From Zootoca vivipara (lineage: Eukaryota), in NCBI RefSeq assembly GCF_963506605.1, contig NC_083276.1, positions 62,001 through 126,000 on the forward strand: a stretch of 64,000 nucleotides of DNA. The letters are read 5' to 3'. Made by a program: the position numbers and the translations under genes. Of the stretch, positions 32,301-43,607 are shown one piece after another; the stretch's first letter is position 1; each line of letters begins with the position of its first letter. The notes under the pieces were generated by a model, which worked only from the letters and a program-made list of their open reading frames with translations, was not told the DNA's origin and did no database searches.

Positions 32301-33072
32301 GGGCACCTTGTCAAAGGCCTTGCTGAAATCAAGATAGGCTACATCCACAGCGTTACCTTCATCTACCAGGCTTGTAATTCTGTCAAAAAATGAGATCAGA
32401 TTAGTCTGACATGACTTATTTTTCAGGAACCCATGCTTGCTTCTTCGGTCAGCCACAAGCTAAAAAGGGTCACAAAACTTCCAAGAGAAATTAGATATCT
32501 CATCTTAAAATCCTTTTAGAATGGCTGGAAGCTGCATGAATGGCATCAATATTGTTGTTATTTCAGTTTAATTTATATTAAAATTATATCCCCCTTCCTT
32601 CCGGAGCACATGGTAGCATGCTCTTGAAATGTGTACGTCTGTGGCCTCTGGAATAAGTCAGGAAGAACTGTTCTGCTTTTGGAATATTGTTTGCGTGTAT
32701 ATACGTTTGCATAGCTTTGTTACTGAACTGGTGACTGAGTGAATTTTTTTATTAATCAAATGACAATGCTGCATGCACTTGTGGTAACATGAGCTCAATG
32801 TGGAGGTACCAGAAATGAGTTAAAATAAGGAACTACACCCATTGTTGAGCCTGAAGGGCTGATCAACAGGAAAGCGGAACAAATTTCAATAGATTTCTGG
32901 GCCTTCTGAGAAGCCCCAGGCAAGCCTCTGATCCACCAGGAGCCCTTTTTACTGCTGGCCACAAGGACACTGAAAGCTCTCTTGCTGTTCCTTCTCTTCC
33001 AGTGTCCCACCCACTGTTTGCTTTGGACAAGGGGCAAAGCGCAGCTTCCAAGGCAGAAAAAAGAAGGCCTGA
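29305..33072 (+). CDS. ZNF511: Zinc finger protein 511, 6 coding exons, 256 aa
   Basis: Exons: 29305-29406, 29530-29600, 29697-29901, 30262-30386, 30894-31091, 33003-33072 (771 nt). Motifs [19 protein letters not shown]|DGDVQRHL; three C2H2 fingers ([59 protein letters not shown]); C-terminus [22 protein letters not shown]. Head-to-head with TUBGCP2 as in human. Intron 1 needs a GC donor. Confidence 0.92.
30571..30670 (-). mobile_element. Decayed MIR/CORE-like SINE fragment
   Basis: CACAACAACCC...GGTAGG...GGCCCCAAAGTCA...GTGAGCCTCATGG...GGGATTTAAATC resembles the reverse complement of the SINE body at 63700-63870. Confidence 0.5.
31171..32432 (-). mobile_element. Young CR1 LINE, 5'-truncated, in ZNF511 intron 5
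   Basis: Uninterrupted ~390-codon RT frame ([43 protein letters not shown]); (ATTCTATG)n tail at 31171-31210; TSD ATGCTTG at 31164-31170 and 32433-32439. Confidence 0.95.
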
Positions 33073-33329
33073 GGGATCCAAGAGGAACTTGTGGAAGCGG
33101 CAGAGCGAAAAAAGACTCTTGCAAAGCCCAGGTGGCCTTTCTTCGGGCGGAGGAGTTGGTTTTGACCCTCCAGCAGAGGCAAAGTGGGCTCTGGTGCAGG
33201 GAGGTGCACCTGCTCTACCTGGCAGAGACAGCAAACTGGGTCCTTCACCAACTGGGAGCTGCTCCTGCAGGCCAGGAGTCCCCAGGACCAGAGTTGCGTG
33301 CAGAGGGTGAAAATCGTTTCCGAATTTTT

Positions 33330-34020
33330 GAAAATAAAATACTTGGTGTTTACAGAGTCCTGGATGTTGGAAAGAGCAGCTGGTTGATTAAGCCACAAGA
33401 GGCAAATGGAGGTCATCTCTCTCTGAACAAAATGCACAAAATACACAATCTGCATTTAAAAGCAATCTGTTCCTATGTTGCAAGAGATGTCCTATCATCT
33501 CTCCATTGATCAAAGGGGGGCGAAGTATTATCTTTCCTGTCAATACCAGTCTTTTGGCAGAAGTAAGGGCACAAAGAGTCCATCTAGATCAACCAGCTGC
33601 CAAGCCCCATATAATTGGCATGGCATTTAGGATAATGTTAACATCTGACAATTTTATTTCCCCCCCAAATATAGTATTTATACATCCTAAGACTTTAATC
33701 CAAAAAATCATAATTGTCAGACATTGCTTAAACTTATGTTTCAAAGAAGCGTTTTCCTAAATACATCTGCAACATGTTGTAGATAGTCCCTTTCTGTACA
33801 AAAGTACCAGTACACTTCTAAATACTACCTTTTGTTGCAAAAGATGAAGTTTATAATCTAACAACACATTTGCTATGGAAGCTAAGACATTATTACGTTT
33901 CTTAGTGGCTTTATACAAAGAAAATCTCAAAGAACTGGATAAAACCAGTTAAAAATTGGGGTTGAGGGAGACCCCTAACATAAAATAATCAATCTGTATC
34001 TATGAAACATTTAAATCATC
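33330..34020 (-). mobile_element. Old, decayed L1/Tx1-clade ORF2 C-terminal fragment
   Basis: AT-rich. Broken minus-strand frames read FWIKVLGCINTIFG...WTLCALTSAKRLVL..KDNTSPPFDQWRDD, the pattern of non-mammalian L1 ORF2 C-termini. Boundaries approximate. Confidence 0.55.
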
Positions 34021-34099
34021 AGTAGATGCTGGTGGCTCTATATAAAAATGTATTGAGGTGGCCTGTCTTGAAAGGACTGTTTCCAAGAGACACCTAAAA

Positions 34100-35700
34100 A
34101 GCGGCAGGGAGTTCCACCGGTCATCTTCCTTCCTGTGGGGCCAACCGCGCCTTGCAAGTTTCTCAAGCAGGGAAGCGCCCTAGCGCAGCCAGCTGCAAAC
34201 TGCAGGGAGACCCCCTCAGCCGGGTGAGGGGGGGCTTATCTCGCCCAGCGCTTCTTTCTTGGGGCTCAGGGAAGCCCCCATCTCTACCCGAGCCTGCGCC
34301 CCTGCACCTGCTCAGCCTGGACTGGCAGGGAGGGGCCCCTTGGCTGCAGTCCCTCTTCCTCCCTCGCCCCGCAGCTCCCCGTTTCCATGGCGACGGGGTG
34401 GGGATGGGGAGGGAGATGCCAGCTCCCCCCCCCCCACGGAGCCCGGCCGGGAGGAAGAGGCTGACGGCGCGCAGCAGCAGCGACTCGGACGGAGGCGCCG
34501 CCAGGTGAGGGGGAGGAGGAGGAGAGGGGCGCCCCCGTCGGCTCGCGGGCCCGGAGCCCCTCCAGCAAGCGAGCGCCAAGGGCCCCCCCATCCTCCAGAG
34601 AGGACCCGGCTGGGTCGCCCCGCCACCCCGTAACTCAGGTCTGGGCGGCCGGGGGGGGGAAGAAGTGGGATGGGCAACCTCGCCCACCCCCGTGGAGCGG
34701 GCCAGCCCAGCCCGCCCCCCCCCCCCGGCCGGGATGGGCTTCCGTCTGCCCACACAGGACCCCAAGAGCTTGGAGGTCTGGCTCGCCCCCCTCCCGGCCC
34801 TTCTTTGTCCCTCCGCCCCCCACCTTGAATCCCCTTGCCCCCCCCTCCTGATCCCTTTCGAGACAGAGGCTTTTGCAAGGAGGCGCCCTCGGCCAGGCGG
34901 GTCCTGCCCCCCCTCCCAGAAGGAGCAGAGGGCCCTTCAAAGGCTGCCCCCCCCGACTTGCCCCTCTTTGGAAGCAAGGGGCACTGCATTGCAGGGGGTT
35001 GGACTAGATGACCCTGGGGTCCCCTCCATACCCTGCCATTCTTGGGTCCTATGGGCATCGCAGGAAGCCAGGGGCCCAAACCGGCCCCCTCCCGGGGCTG
35101 CGCGTTTCTCTCCGTCCTTCTGTGGCTTCCTGCCTTGGCGAGAACAGGAAAGGTGAGTCATGTTAGCTGAAGGTGGGTCCGTCCAGTCCCGTGTCCCGTC
35201 CCCCCCCCTCCCCGTCCTTCTCCGAGGAGTCGGACCATCCCGCCCGCCCCAGGCAAGAAGGGTCTCCCCCCCCCCCGGCTGAGAGCAGGGAGGCGGTGGC
35301 GGGTGAGCGCGCCCCTAGTCCGGAGCAGAAGCGCCCTCCTCGCCGCCGCTCTGTGTGCGCAAGGGGCGGGGGTGGCGGCTGCTGCTGGGCACCCGAGGGG
35401 CGGGAGAGAGGTCCAGGCTCTCCCCGGAGGAGGAGGAGGAGGAGGAGGAGGAAACGGGAGCCTCGTCTCTCTGCTGCCCAAGGAGCTCCGGAGCGGCCGG
35501 CAGACGCGCCTTTTGGGGCTCAGGACGCGGAGCAGAGATCGCCGCCGCAGCAGCAGGTGGGTCTGGGCTGGGCTGAGCGCAGCCCTGCGCGGCGGCACAG
35601 CAGGAGAAGGAGGCAGAGCGGGGGGTAGTGAAGAGGGGGGCACCAAGGAGGGAAGAGTCAGGCCCACCCTGCCTTGGTGCCTCAGAACCTGGGTCGCCTG
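34100..35700 (+). promoter_or_regulatory. CpG island; probable CYB561 promoter with alternative non-coding first exons
   Basis: CpG-rich, with three plus-strand donors: CAG|GTGAGG at 34505, AAG|GTGAGT at 35153, CAG|GTGGGT near 35556. RFX X-box-like GTTTCCATGGCGAC at 34381-34394. The CYB561 ATG exon has its own acceptor at 38917, so an upstream non-coding exon is expected. Confidence 0.65.
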
Positions 35701-36255
35701 GGCTTGGGCTTCCGCCAGGTGGAGAGAAAATTTCATTGGCTCTGCTGACTGTAACCGCCGCCCAAGGAAGCAGATGTCTCTCTTTTGCAGAAATGGGTGG
35801 CATGTGCAGGTCTGCCAGCCACTTCAGAGTAGATCCTCTTTTCCAGAGTTCAGCCAAACAGGTGGGCAAGATGCCTTTAATGATTATATATATATATATA
35901 TATATATATAGGGGCGGGGGTGGCGGCTGGGCACCAGAGGGGTGCCCATATATATTCCATATAAAGTGGAACCTATAATATTTTTTTATTTGCAGAATTT
36001 GTTGGAGTGCTGGGGTTTTTGTGCAAGGGAAGTCTAGAAAGTGGGGGGTGGGGGTGGGGTGGGGTTACCTCTCTACTGTGACTTGGGGGCAATTTGTATG
36101 AAAATGGCTTGCATATATTTTTGTCGAGCCCCCCACTTTTCTTTGTCTGCATTTGGGCCTTCAATGTTTATCCTTTTAGAAACTCCCATCCTTCTTGGAA
36201 TCCCTTCTCTTTGAGAATTTTTGACCATGGGATCACACCCAGTAGCTCCTTAAGC

Positions 36256-36416
36256 CAGTGTTTTTCAACCTTTTTTGGGCAAAGGCACACTTGTTTCATG
36301 AAAAAAAATCACGAGGCACACCACCATTAGAAAATGTTAAAAAAAATTAACTCGGCACACCAGGCAACATCTCGCGGCACACTAGTGTGCCGCGGAACAG
36401 TGGTTGAAAAACACTG
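36256..36416. mobile_element. hAT (Charlie-like) MITE, 161 bp
   Basis: Perfect 15-bp TIRs CAGTGTTTTTCAACC / GGTTGAAAAACACTG; 8-bp TSD CCTTAAGC at 36248-36255 and 36417-36424; repeated subterminal GGCACAC motifs. Confidence 0.92.
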
Positions 36417-36429
36417 CCTTAAGCTACTG

Positions 36430-36690
36430 TATATGAAGTTGGCCTTCTAAAAGTCCAGCGCCTGTGTCCGACTATGCTCAGTTTTCTCTTTCCTCTGTAT
36501 CCTGAAACCCAGGAGAACAGGATCACTTCCTCCCAAGTTTCCAAGTGCTTCCACTTTGTCAATCAGTTCCTCCCTATTGGTGAGGACCAGATCCAAGATA
36601 GATGATCCCCTTGTTGGTTCTTCCACCTTCTGGGAAATGAAATGGCTGGCAAGGCAATGGAGGAATTTGTCAGACCTTACACTCTTGGAC
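36430..36690 (-). mobile_element. Decayed CR1 endonuclease-region fragment
   Basis: Minus strand reads FISQKVEEPTRGSSILDLVLTNREEL, homologous to 61700-61790. Confidence 0.7.
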
Positions 36691-36848
36691 TAGAAGATGA
36701 TGCCCAGGGTCCCTTTCAACTCAACAATGGCACAGGGGAAGGGGGATGTATGAAAGCTGGTTTGAGGTTTCTCTTATTGTTTTTTTTTTTGGGGGGGGGG
36801 TCCCTTGGCAGCAACTGGTAACTTCTTTCTATATAACTTCTTTCTAAG

Positions 36849-37026
36849 AGCCAGTGTGGTGTAGTGGTTAAGAGCGGTAGACTCATAATCTGGGGAACCA
36901 GGTTCGCTCCTCCACATGCAGCTGCTGGGTGACCTTGGGCTAGTCACACTTCTCTGAAATCTCTCAGCCCCACTCACCTCACAGAGTGTTTGTTGTGGGG
37001 GAGGAAGGGAAAGGAGAATGTTAGCA
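36849..37026 (+). mobile_element. tRNA-derived squamate SINE (Squam3-like), 3'-truncated
   Basis: Box A TGGTGTAGTGGTT and box B-like GGTTCG; body near-identical to 63700-63882. Confidence 0.8.
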
Positions 37027-37557
37027 GCCTCTCCCCCTGGCAAGTCAGCACAGCCTAAAGGAATCCCCTGCCTTGCGCCTCTCCTGAGAGAGGACTGTTC
37101 TGCAGCCAGATGTTTTCATCTGTTTTAATGGCAGCTCCTGCTCTCTGCTGTTGTGGAGCAGCAGTATCCAAAGTGCTTAGGGGGCCAGAGGGGGATCTGG
37201 TTGGGGAGCAGGATGTACCCAACAGAAGCCTGGATCCTGGAAGCTGAAGTGGGAGTGGGTGTCTTTATCAGTGAATCGCATTTGCATCGATTCTTGGCCA
37301 GAGCTGCAGGCCTTATTAGATCAGCGCAGTTAAGTGGATTAAGACAATTGGCTTAGCCCCATCCTCCTCCTCCCTTCTGCAAAGGCCAGCTGTGTGCTGT
37401 GCAACAGAACAGCCCCCCGGGCACCCATGTCCCTGGCAGTGGGGCTGCGAGAGCCAGAGCCCAGCAACGCAGCTGGGGGACAACTCACCAGGCTCCTTGG
37501 AGGCATTGAAGGCTATGCTTCTCCACCAGCAAATGGTGGCACTGAGGTTTTGCCCAT

Positions 37558-37900
37558 GAAGGTAAAGGATCCCTGGATGATTAAGTCCAGTCAAAGGCAA
37601 CTATGCGGTTGTGGCACTCATCTCACTTTCATGCTGAGGGAGACACTGTTTGTCCATAGACAGCTTTTTGGGTCATGTGGCTAGCAGGACTAAACCACTT
37701 CTGGTGCAATCAGACACTGTGACGTAAGCCATTTAACTTCCCACCACAGTGGTACCTATTTATCTACTTGCACTGGCATGCTTTTGAACTGTTAGGTTGG
37801 CAGGAGCTGGGAAAGAGCCACAGGAACTCATTCTGTTGCAGGGATTTGAACTGCTGACCTTCCAATCAGCAAACCCAAGAGGCTCAATGTTTTAGTCCTG
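37558..37900 (-). mobile_element. Older Sauria SINE
   Basis: AAGGTAAAGGATCCCTG...GGTACCTATTTATCTACTTGCAC...GGATTTGAACTGCTGACCTTC; diverged homolog of 14245-14595. Confidence 0.8.
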
Positions 37901-38940
37901 GTTTTGCCCATAAGCACATCTAGGCTCCATCCTGCCCCATCTTTGGGTGGAGACTCAGTAGAAGAGAGAAGCTGGAAGGCAGCCTGCAGGGGGCGGGGGA
38001 CAGTCAGACTTTGCATTTCCCTTTCCCAAGAGCAGAGGCTCTTGCTTGGATTGGGAACTCCCAGTGCAGAGAGAACATCATCAGTGTTGGTTGTGGCCCA
38101 ATGAAGGCATTTTTGTGTTTTCATGGGGCTTGTGTTTATTTTAAAGGGGAGGACATTTGCAGACCTTTCTACTGTGTTGGGTCAAAGTGCAGAGAAGGAC
38201 CTGAAGATGCAGGTGGGGAACAAACATATTGGGTGAGGGACCCCTGGGGGGAGTTTGGCCAGAGCGGCCTTCCCCAACATGGTGCTTCCTGCCTGCTCAG
38301 ATGCTCTGAACTCTCCGGGTCCCATCAGGCACCCCCAAAACATTGCTGTATGATGCCAAGGAGGATGGGAGTTGTAGTTCCCAGTTGCAGAAGGTGGAGG
38401 AGCTTCAGACTCTTTCCCCACAGCTTCTGCTTGGGCTCTCTCCCCTGGGGCCAAGTGGGGCCATGCCAGCTTCCTCTTCTCCCCGATCCTTATAGAGCCA
38501 CAATATGGCGAAGGAGAGACCCCAGGCAGCCTAGCCCAGCATCTTAGTTGTGCATGAAAAGTATTCATAGAGCACCCTTTGTGCAATATTCCAGAGCGGT
38601 GTGCAGCAAGCTTTACAAAAGAGATAAATGATCACTTTAAAACAATGCAGACAGATAAGTAAGAATCACAACGGACTCCACTGGAAGTCCAGTGACATCT
38701 TGAGGGCCACCTTTGGCTCGTAGAGTAACTGGTCCACCCTCTGGGCCCTCTTTGGCCACTGGAATCAACAGAAGATCTGGTGATGGGTGCAGCTTCTCCA
38801 AGGGGCTGCTGCCGCCAAGTGGGACAAGGAGGGGTGCAGGTCTCCCCCAAATTCCAGTTCCTCCGAGATTCCTCCCTGGGTCTACCTGCTGACAGCTGTG
38901 CTCCCCTTGTTTGGCAGCCCCGAGCTCTGCTGAGCACAGC

Positions 38941-41900
38941 ATGGAGGATTCTCCGGCCAGGAGCTCCAGTCCATCTGGCCTCACCTACGCCGTGGCTGCT
39001 TCACAGGTGGTGGGTTTGGCCGTGATCACCCTGACGGGGACCTGGATGGGCCAATACCGGGGCGGCATTGCCTGGGATGGATCCAAGCTGCAGTTCAATG
39101 CCCACCCTCTCTGCATGGTCATTGGGATGGTCTTCCTACAAGGAGACGGTAAGGAAGTGGTGGGAGGGGGCCTTTTGAGAACTGCCTTCCGAGGGAGACA
39201 ACTGGGAGCTGCTTATTTCAAACCCCTGCCCCTGCTGTAACTGCATTCACAATTTAGGAGAGGGGACAGAACAGGATGTGCCCCCCCCCCCGCCCCAAAG
39301 GAGGCAGAAGCACATCTTGCACTGCCCAGCCAGGGGTCCACAAACTGTGTCTGCGCATGATCATTCAGCCATGGTCATTCAGCTGATGCTCCACTAGATC
39401 ATCTTCCACTCTGTTATTCAAATTCCAGATTTTTGAGAGACCCTCAGATCTTTTCAATTATTTATTTGTTTGTTTTTAAAATATATATTAATGAATTTAT
39501 AAGTGTACAAAATACAGAACTGAAGAATGCTTCTTGTGGGGTCTGAGCGGAGCAGTTCCTGGCCATGGGAGCAAGAGCCAAGCCCCCCTCTCAGCCAGCC
39601 CCACAACTCATTGCCCCTCTCCCCTCCATCTTCTCCTCTTGCAGCCATCCTGGTATATCGGGTCTTCCGGCACGAGACCAAGCGCTCCACCAAGATCCTG
39701 CACGGGCTGCTCCATGCCCTGGCGCTGGTCATTGCACTGGTTGGTGAGTCCTGGGGGGGGGGCAGCTGGAATAATCTGCCCCATTTGCTTGAGCCTCAAC
39801 TTCCTGCCTGCTTTCTCAGAAGCTCCTCTGAGGGACACCAAGCTCAAGGGAGTGGTCAGAGGCTTCCCTGAGTCTCGGGGTCAACCCACAGCTCCTCGGA
39901 GTTCTCCAATAAGCTAGAGGAAGTGGGGCATGTTTTGGGCCTCCCCTCCCCAAAAGACATAAGGCTGGGGGGGGGAACCAGGCCATGGGTGACTTACTGC
40001 ATTCCTCACATATATGGATTGGAATACGACTAGCAGGGCTCCCCAAGACAGACAGTCTCCACCACCTGCCATTTCTACCCATCTGCTTCTTCCCAGGCAA
40101 GTTGGACCTGCCCATCTCCCCATCCCTCATCCCTTGTGTTAAGTGCCCCCCCTCTGCTGCAGTTTTGTCTAAGGGTTGTGTCAGGGATGCTGGTGACTAC
40201 CTTTGAGTAATGACGCTCCACACCGCCGTGTCTTTAAGACTTTTATTGGTGCACACTTATTTGCAGTGCAAGAGATAGGGGAGACATGACTGTTCAGTCT
40301 TCATCAGAATCTTGCAATGGCGCTTTCCGGCTATGCGCCCAGCAAAGTAGTTTGGGGACCCCCAAAGCGCCACCCCTTGTTCCTACGGGAGCTGGCACAC
40401 CTCAAATCAGGCGTTGGGGGAAAAGGGCGCCTGTCCGATGCTCCGCCACTGGCCATTTCCTGTATAGGAGCTCCAGGCTGCAGTCACAGCTCTTGGATGC
40501 TGCCAGAGCCCTGTACCGACTTGCTCACTTCCTCCTGCCCTTCACTGGAGCCGCTGCTGGAGCTCTGACTGGTTGAGGAGCTGGACTTTATGATGGGGGG
40601 CTGTTCTCTGTAACTCCGCCCCCTTACAGGTTGGGATGGCAGGGAAAGGCAGGGGGTCACCTGAGGCCTCTTCCTCCCTCCCTCCCTTCAGGTCTGATAG
40701 CCGTGTTCCAATTCCACAAGAAGCAGAGCATCCCGGACATGTACAGCCTGCACAGCTGGTGTGGCATCCTGGCCTTTGGCTTCTACTTTGTGCAGGTGAG
40801 GCAAAAGCAGAGTGGGAGGAAGGAAGGAAGGGAGGGAGGAAGGGAGGGAGGGAGGGGAGGGGGCTGGTGTCTGCCTGGCCTCCTTCCGAAGCAGGTCTGT
40901 GCCCCAGAGAGCAGCGAGGGAGAAATGCACGAGGGGCAGGAAATCAGAGCCCGAGAAAGGAAGAAACTCTGGCTGCTGATTCCCTGTTGAAAGTACATGT
41001 GGTGCTGGGGCTCCCCAGATTCCTCAGCAACCTTGGAGGGGGGCTTGAGCTGTCCAGGGGTCTGTTGGCATGGACACAAGCACATGGAGGAAGAACGCCC
41101 TTGAGCCACATCCTTGCTGCATGCTGCAGCCTGACAGCTTCAGAGCTTCAGAGCTTCCAGCAGCCACCCACATGCATCTCAGGGGGGGGGCCTTTGATTC
41201 CAGGGCTGGGTGGGAGATCTCTGGGAGGGCTCCATCCACACTGCAGAAACAACGCGGGGCTCTTGACACTGTCTGCCTGGGGAGCTGGGCCTTGGCTCCC
41301 AGGATGCACATCTTTTCCCAAAGCACAGCTGGGGAGCCCTTCCTGCACCCCCTTCCTCCTGGGGGGTCACGCAGTGGCACCACATAGAATCTTAAGAGTT
41401 GGAAGGGACCGACCCCCTGCCATGCAGGAATCTCTGCTAAAGCATCCGTGACAGAGGGCCATCCAACCACTGCTTGAAAACCTCCAAGGAAGGAGGCTGC
41501 CGCTCTGAATCCCCTTTGAGCCAGCCCATGTGCCCCCCCCCATACCCGTCGTGGCTTCTTGGGATCAGAAGTGAAGGAAGCTGTGGGTGTGGATTATTGG
41601 AAGGGAGACCTTCTGCCCCTAAGCCTGGGGCACCATCTCAGGGGGACCTTTGATTCCAGGGCTGGATGGGAGATCTCTGGGAGGGCTGCATCCGCACTGC
41701 AGAAACCACACGGGGCTGTGCTGCCTCTTGACTTTGGGGCACTGGCTCCCCTTCCTCCTTAGTGGCTGCTGGGCTGGAGCTTCTTCCTCTTCCCCGGAGC
41801 CTCCTTTTCACTCCGCAGCAGATACAAACCACAGCATGTCTTCTTTGGGGCTGCCCTCCTCATCCTTTCCGTTGCCACCGCCCTGCTGGGGATCCTAGAG

Positions 41901-42545
41901 GTGCTGCTCTTCAACATCAAGTGAGTGGCCCCCACTTTGTGGAAGTGTTTCTGTTTTAACTTACAACCTGATGGCTCTCTGATAAATCCAGAATTTTGGG
42001 CTGCAAAGTGAGGGATGGAGCAGAAATGACTGCCTAGGAGGGGTGTTTGTTACAGCTTTTTGCAGTTTACTTGGTTAATATACTGTATTCTCAAATCAAC
42101 ATCCTGCAAAATGGCAGCAGTGCTGGGCTCGGAACTGAGTGCCGTCTCCATTGCCTCCTCTGGCCTGGAAGGCAGAATGAGATTCTGAACATGTCTGGTC
42201 AGCAGACGAGTTGCCCAAAGCCTTCAGCTGCCTTTTTCACAAACAAACAAACAAACAAACAAACAAACAAACAAACAAACAAACCAGAAATGGGGGTGGA
42301 GTGGAGATAAAGTGCTTGTGCTAATGTCAACGTTTCTGTTCTTGCTCAGGGAGACCTACAGCTCCTTTGCCCCAGAGGGAGTCCTTGCCAACACCTTGGG
42401 CCTCCTGCTGGTGGCTTTTGGGGCCATTGTGGGCTACATCTTGACACGGGAGGAGTGGCAAAGGCCCCCCTTGGCTGAGGAGATGGCCCTGTCCATGGAT
42501 TTCAAGACCCTCACGGAAGAGGGCAGCCCAACAAGCCCCCAATGA
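38941..42545 (+). CDS. CYB561: Transmembrane ascorbate-dependent reductase cytochrome b561, 5 coding exons, 254 aa
   Basis: Exons: 38941-39148, 39645-39743, 40692-40795, 41763-41920, 42350-42545 (765 nt, GT-AG). Motifs [66 protein letters not shown]. All four heme-ligand His are present, and the C-terminus is diagnostic for CYB561 rather than CYBRD1 or CYB561A3. Confidence 0.95.
40179..40628 (-). mobile_element. Solo LTR (450 bp) in a CYB561 intron, family unassigned
   Basis: Termini TGTCAGGG...CCCTTACA (7/8 inverted match); 5-bp TSD GGTTG at 40174-40178 and 40629-40633; AATAAA on the minus strand near 40242. Confidence 0.8.
41175..41717 (+). repeat. Dispersed direct repeat (~85 bp, two copies) within one CYB561 intron
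   Basis: 41175-41261 and 41634-41717 share CATCTCAGGGGG..CCTTTGATTCCAGGGCTGG.TGGGAGATCTCTGGGAGGGCT.CATCC.CACTGCAGAAAC.AC.CGGGGCT. Confidence 0.85.
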
Positions 42546-43601
42546 CAGCCGCCATCGCCACCTGCCTGTGTCTCCATGTGGTGTCTCTTGCTTGTCGTGC
42601 AACATGGTGGCTGCCACCTTTCCTGCTGGGCCACGTGTCAGCAAGCCCTCTCCATAGGACTCTTTGCCATCCCTTTTCCTTCATTGGCCATTGCAAGGGC
42701 CTCATTCTGCACAGGGGTCTCCTGTGAGCTGGGGTGTTGTGCCACTTTCCCTGTGCAGAGGGGATTTAACTCTGGAAGTGGCTCCTCTCTTCCTGCTCAG
42801 TGTTCATTAATGGCAGCAGGACAAGGAGTCCCCTGGGGCCATTCCCAGAAGGGGGGCTGACAGCACTCACAAAAAGGGTTCAGGGGTGTTGGGAGGGCAG
42901 CTGCAGATTCTGTGCAGCTGGAGGCTGTGACTTCTTGCAGAGCTGCATCAGTAAAAAACAAAATTCTGAAGGCTTTAGACATAAGCACCTTCCTTCAATT
43001 AATTGTCCAATAGATTTAAGCAAGCCTGAATATTTGTAGAGGTTCTCCTGTTTACACAGTGATTATCAGACATAACAACTGGGAGGCTGAGGCAAGAATG
43101 TTGCTTGTGCAATTTTGTCTCCTCTTTCTCTACCAGCAGATATTTGGTTGAAATTTTTGTTTTTTCCAACTCCAGAAAGCCCTAAAGTCGACAGTCTCTC
43201 ATTCATCCTGTTTTCTGGGGTTTGGATGCAGGCATTTCCTCTGACGCAAACTGCTGTGGGAGATCTCTGGGGGACCTGGATGTTTAAACTCTCCTAATGG
43301 CTCAACTATATAAAAAAGATTATACAAACTGCAGGTTTGCAAAATCTTTGTAAGAAAAAGGTGGGGCATTATCTTATGGAAGTATTTGAATTGAATGCAT
43401 CAGGTGTAATAGTGGGGTTGTGTACGGTAAGAATTACTTAGCTAAGGATGAGGACCACTATGAACACTCAATAGGCACTATGACAATACTGATCTTAAGT
43501 GTGAAATTATTTATTTTCCTGGGGACTCCTTGCCTTAATACAAATATACTCTCTTGTGTACTGACCAGTATATATTGTGTTTGGTGGGTGAGATGGACTT
43601 C

Positions 43602-43607
43602 AATAAA
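43602..43607 (+). terminator. Probable CYB561 polyadenylation signal (second candidate at 43851)
   Basis: AATAAA ~1.06 kb after the stop codon, followed by GT/T-rich sequence. Confidence 0.5.

Noticed and set aside
32427-32494. [10 protein letters not shown] peptide and CR1-derived cryptic acceptor as a ZNF511 last exon
   Set aside because: The FGQ frame is out of phase with the acceptor, and the exon at 33003 matches far better ([11 protein letters not shown]).
32949-33509. 168-175 aa ORFs as PRAP1 or CALY, the human neighbours of ZNF511
   Set aside because: No similarity recognised; they overlap the ZNF511 last exon, its 3' UTR and a decayed L1.
36849-36910. tRNA gene (also at 63700 and the Sauria SINE heads)
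   Set aside because: A and B boxes are present but there is no cloverleaf, and each continues into a SINE body.
38365-38385. ZNF143/SBS-like motif (ACTACAACTCCC on the minus strand)
   Set aside because: Outside a promoter, and this string is a common part of squamate short repeats.
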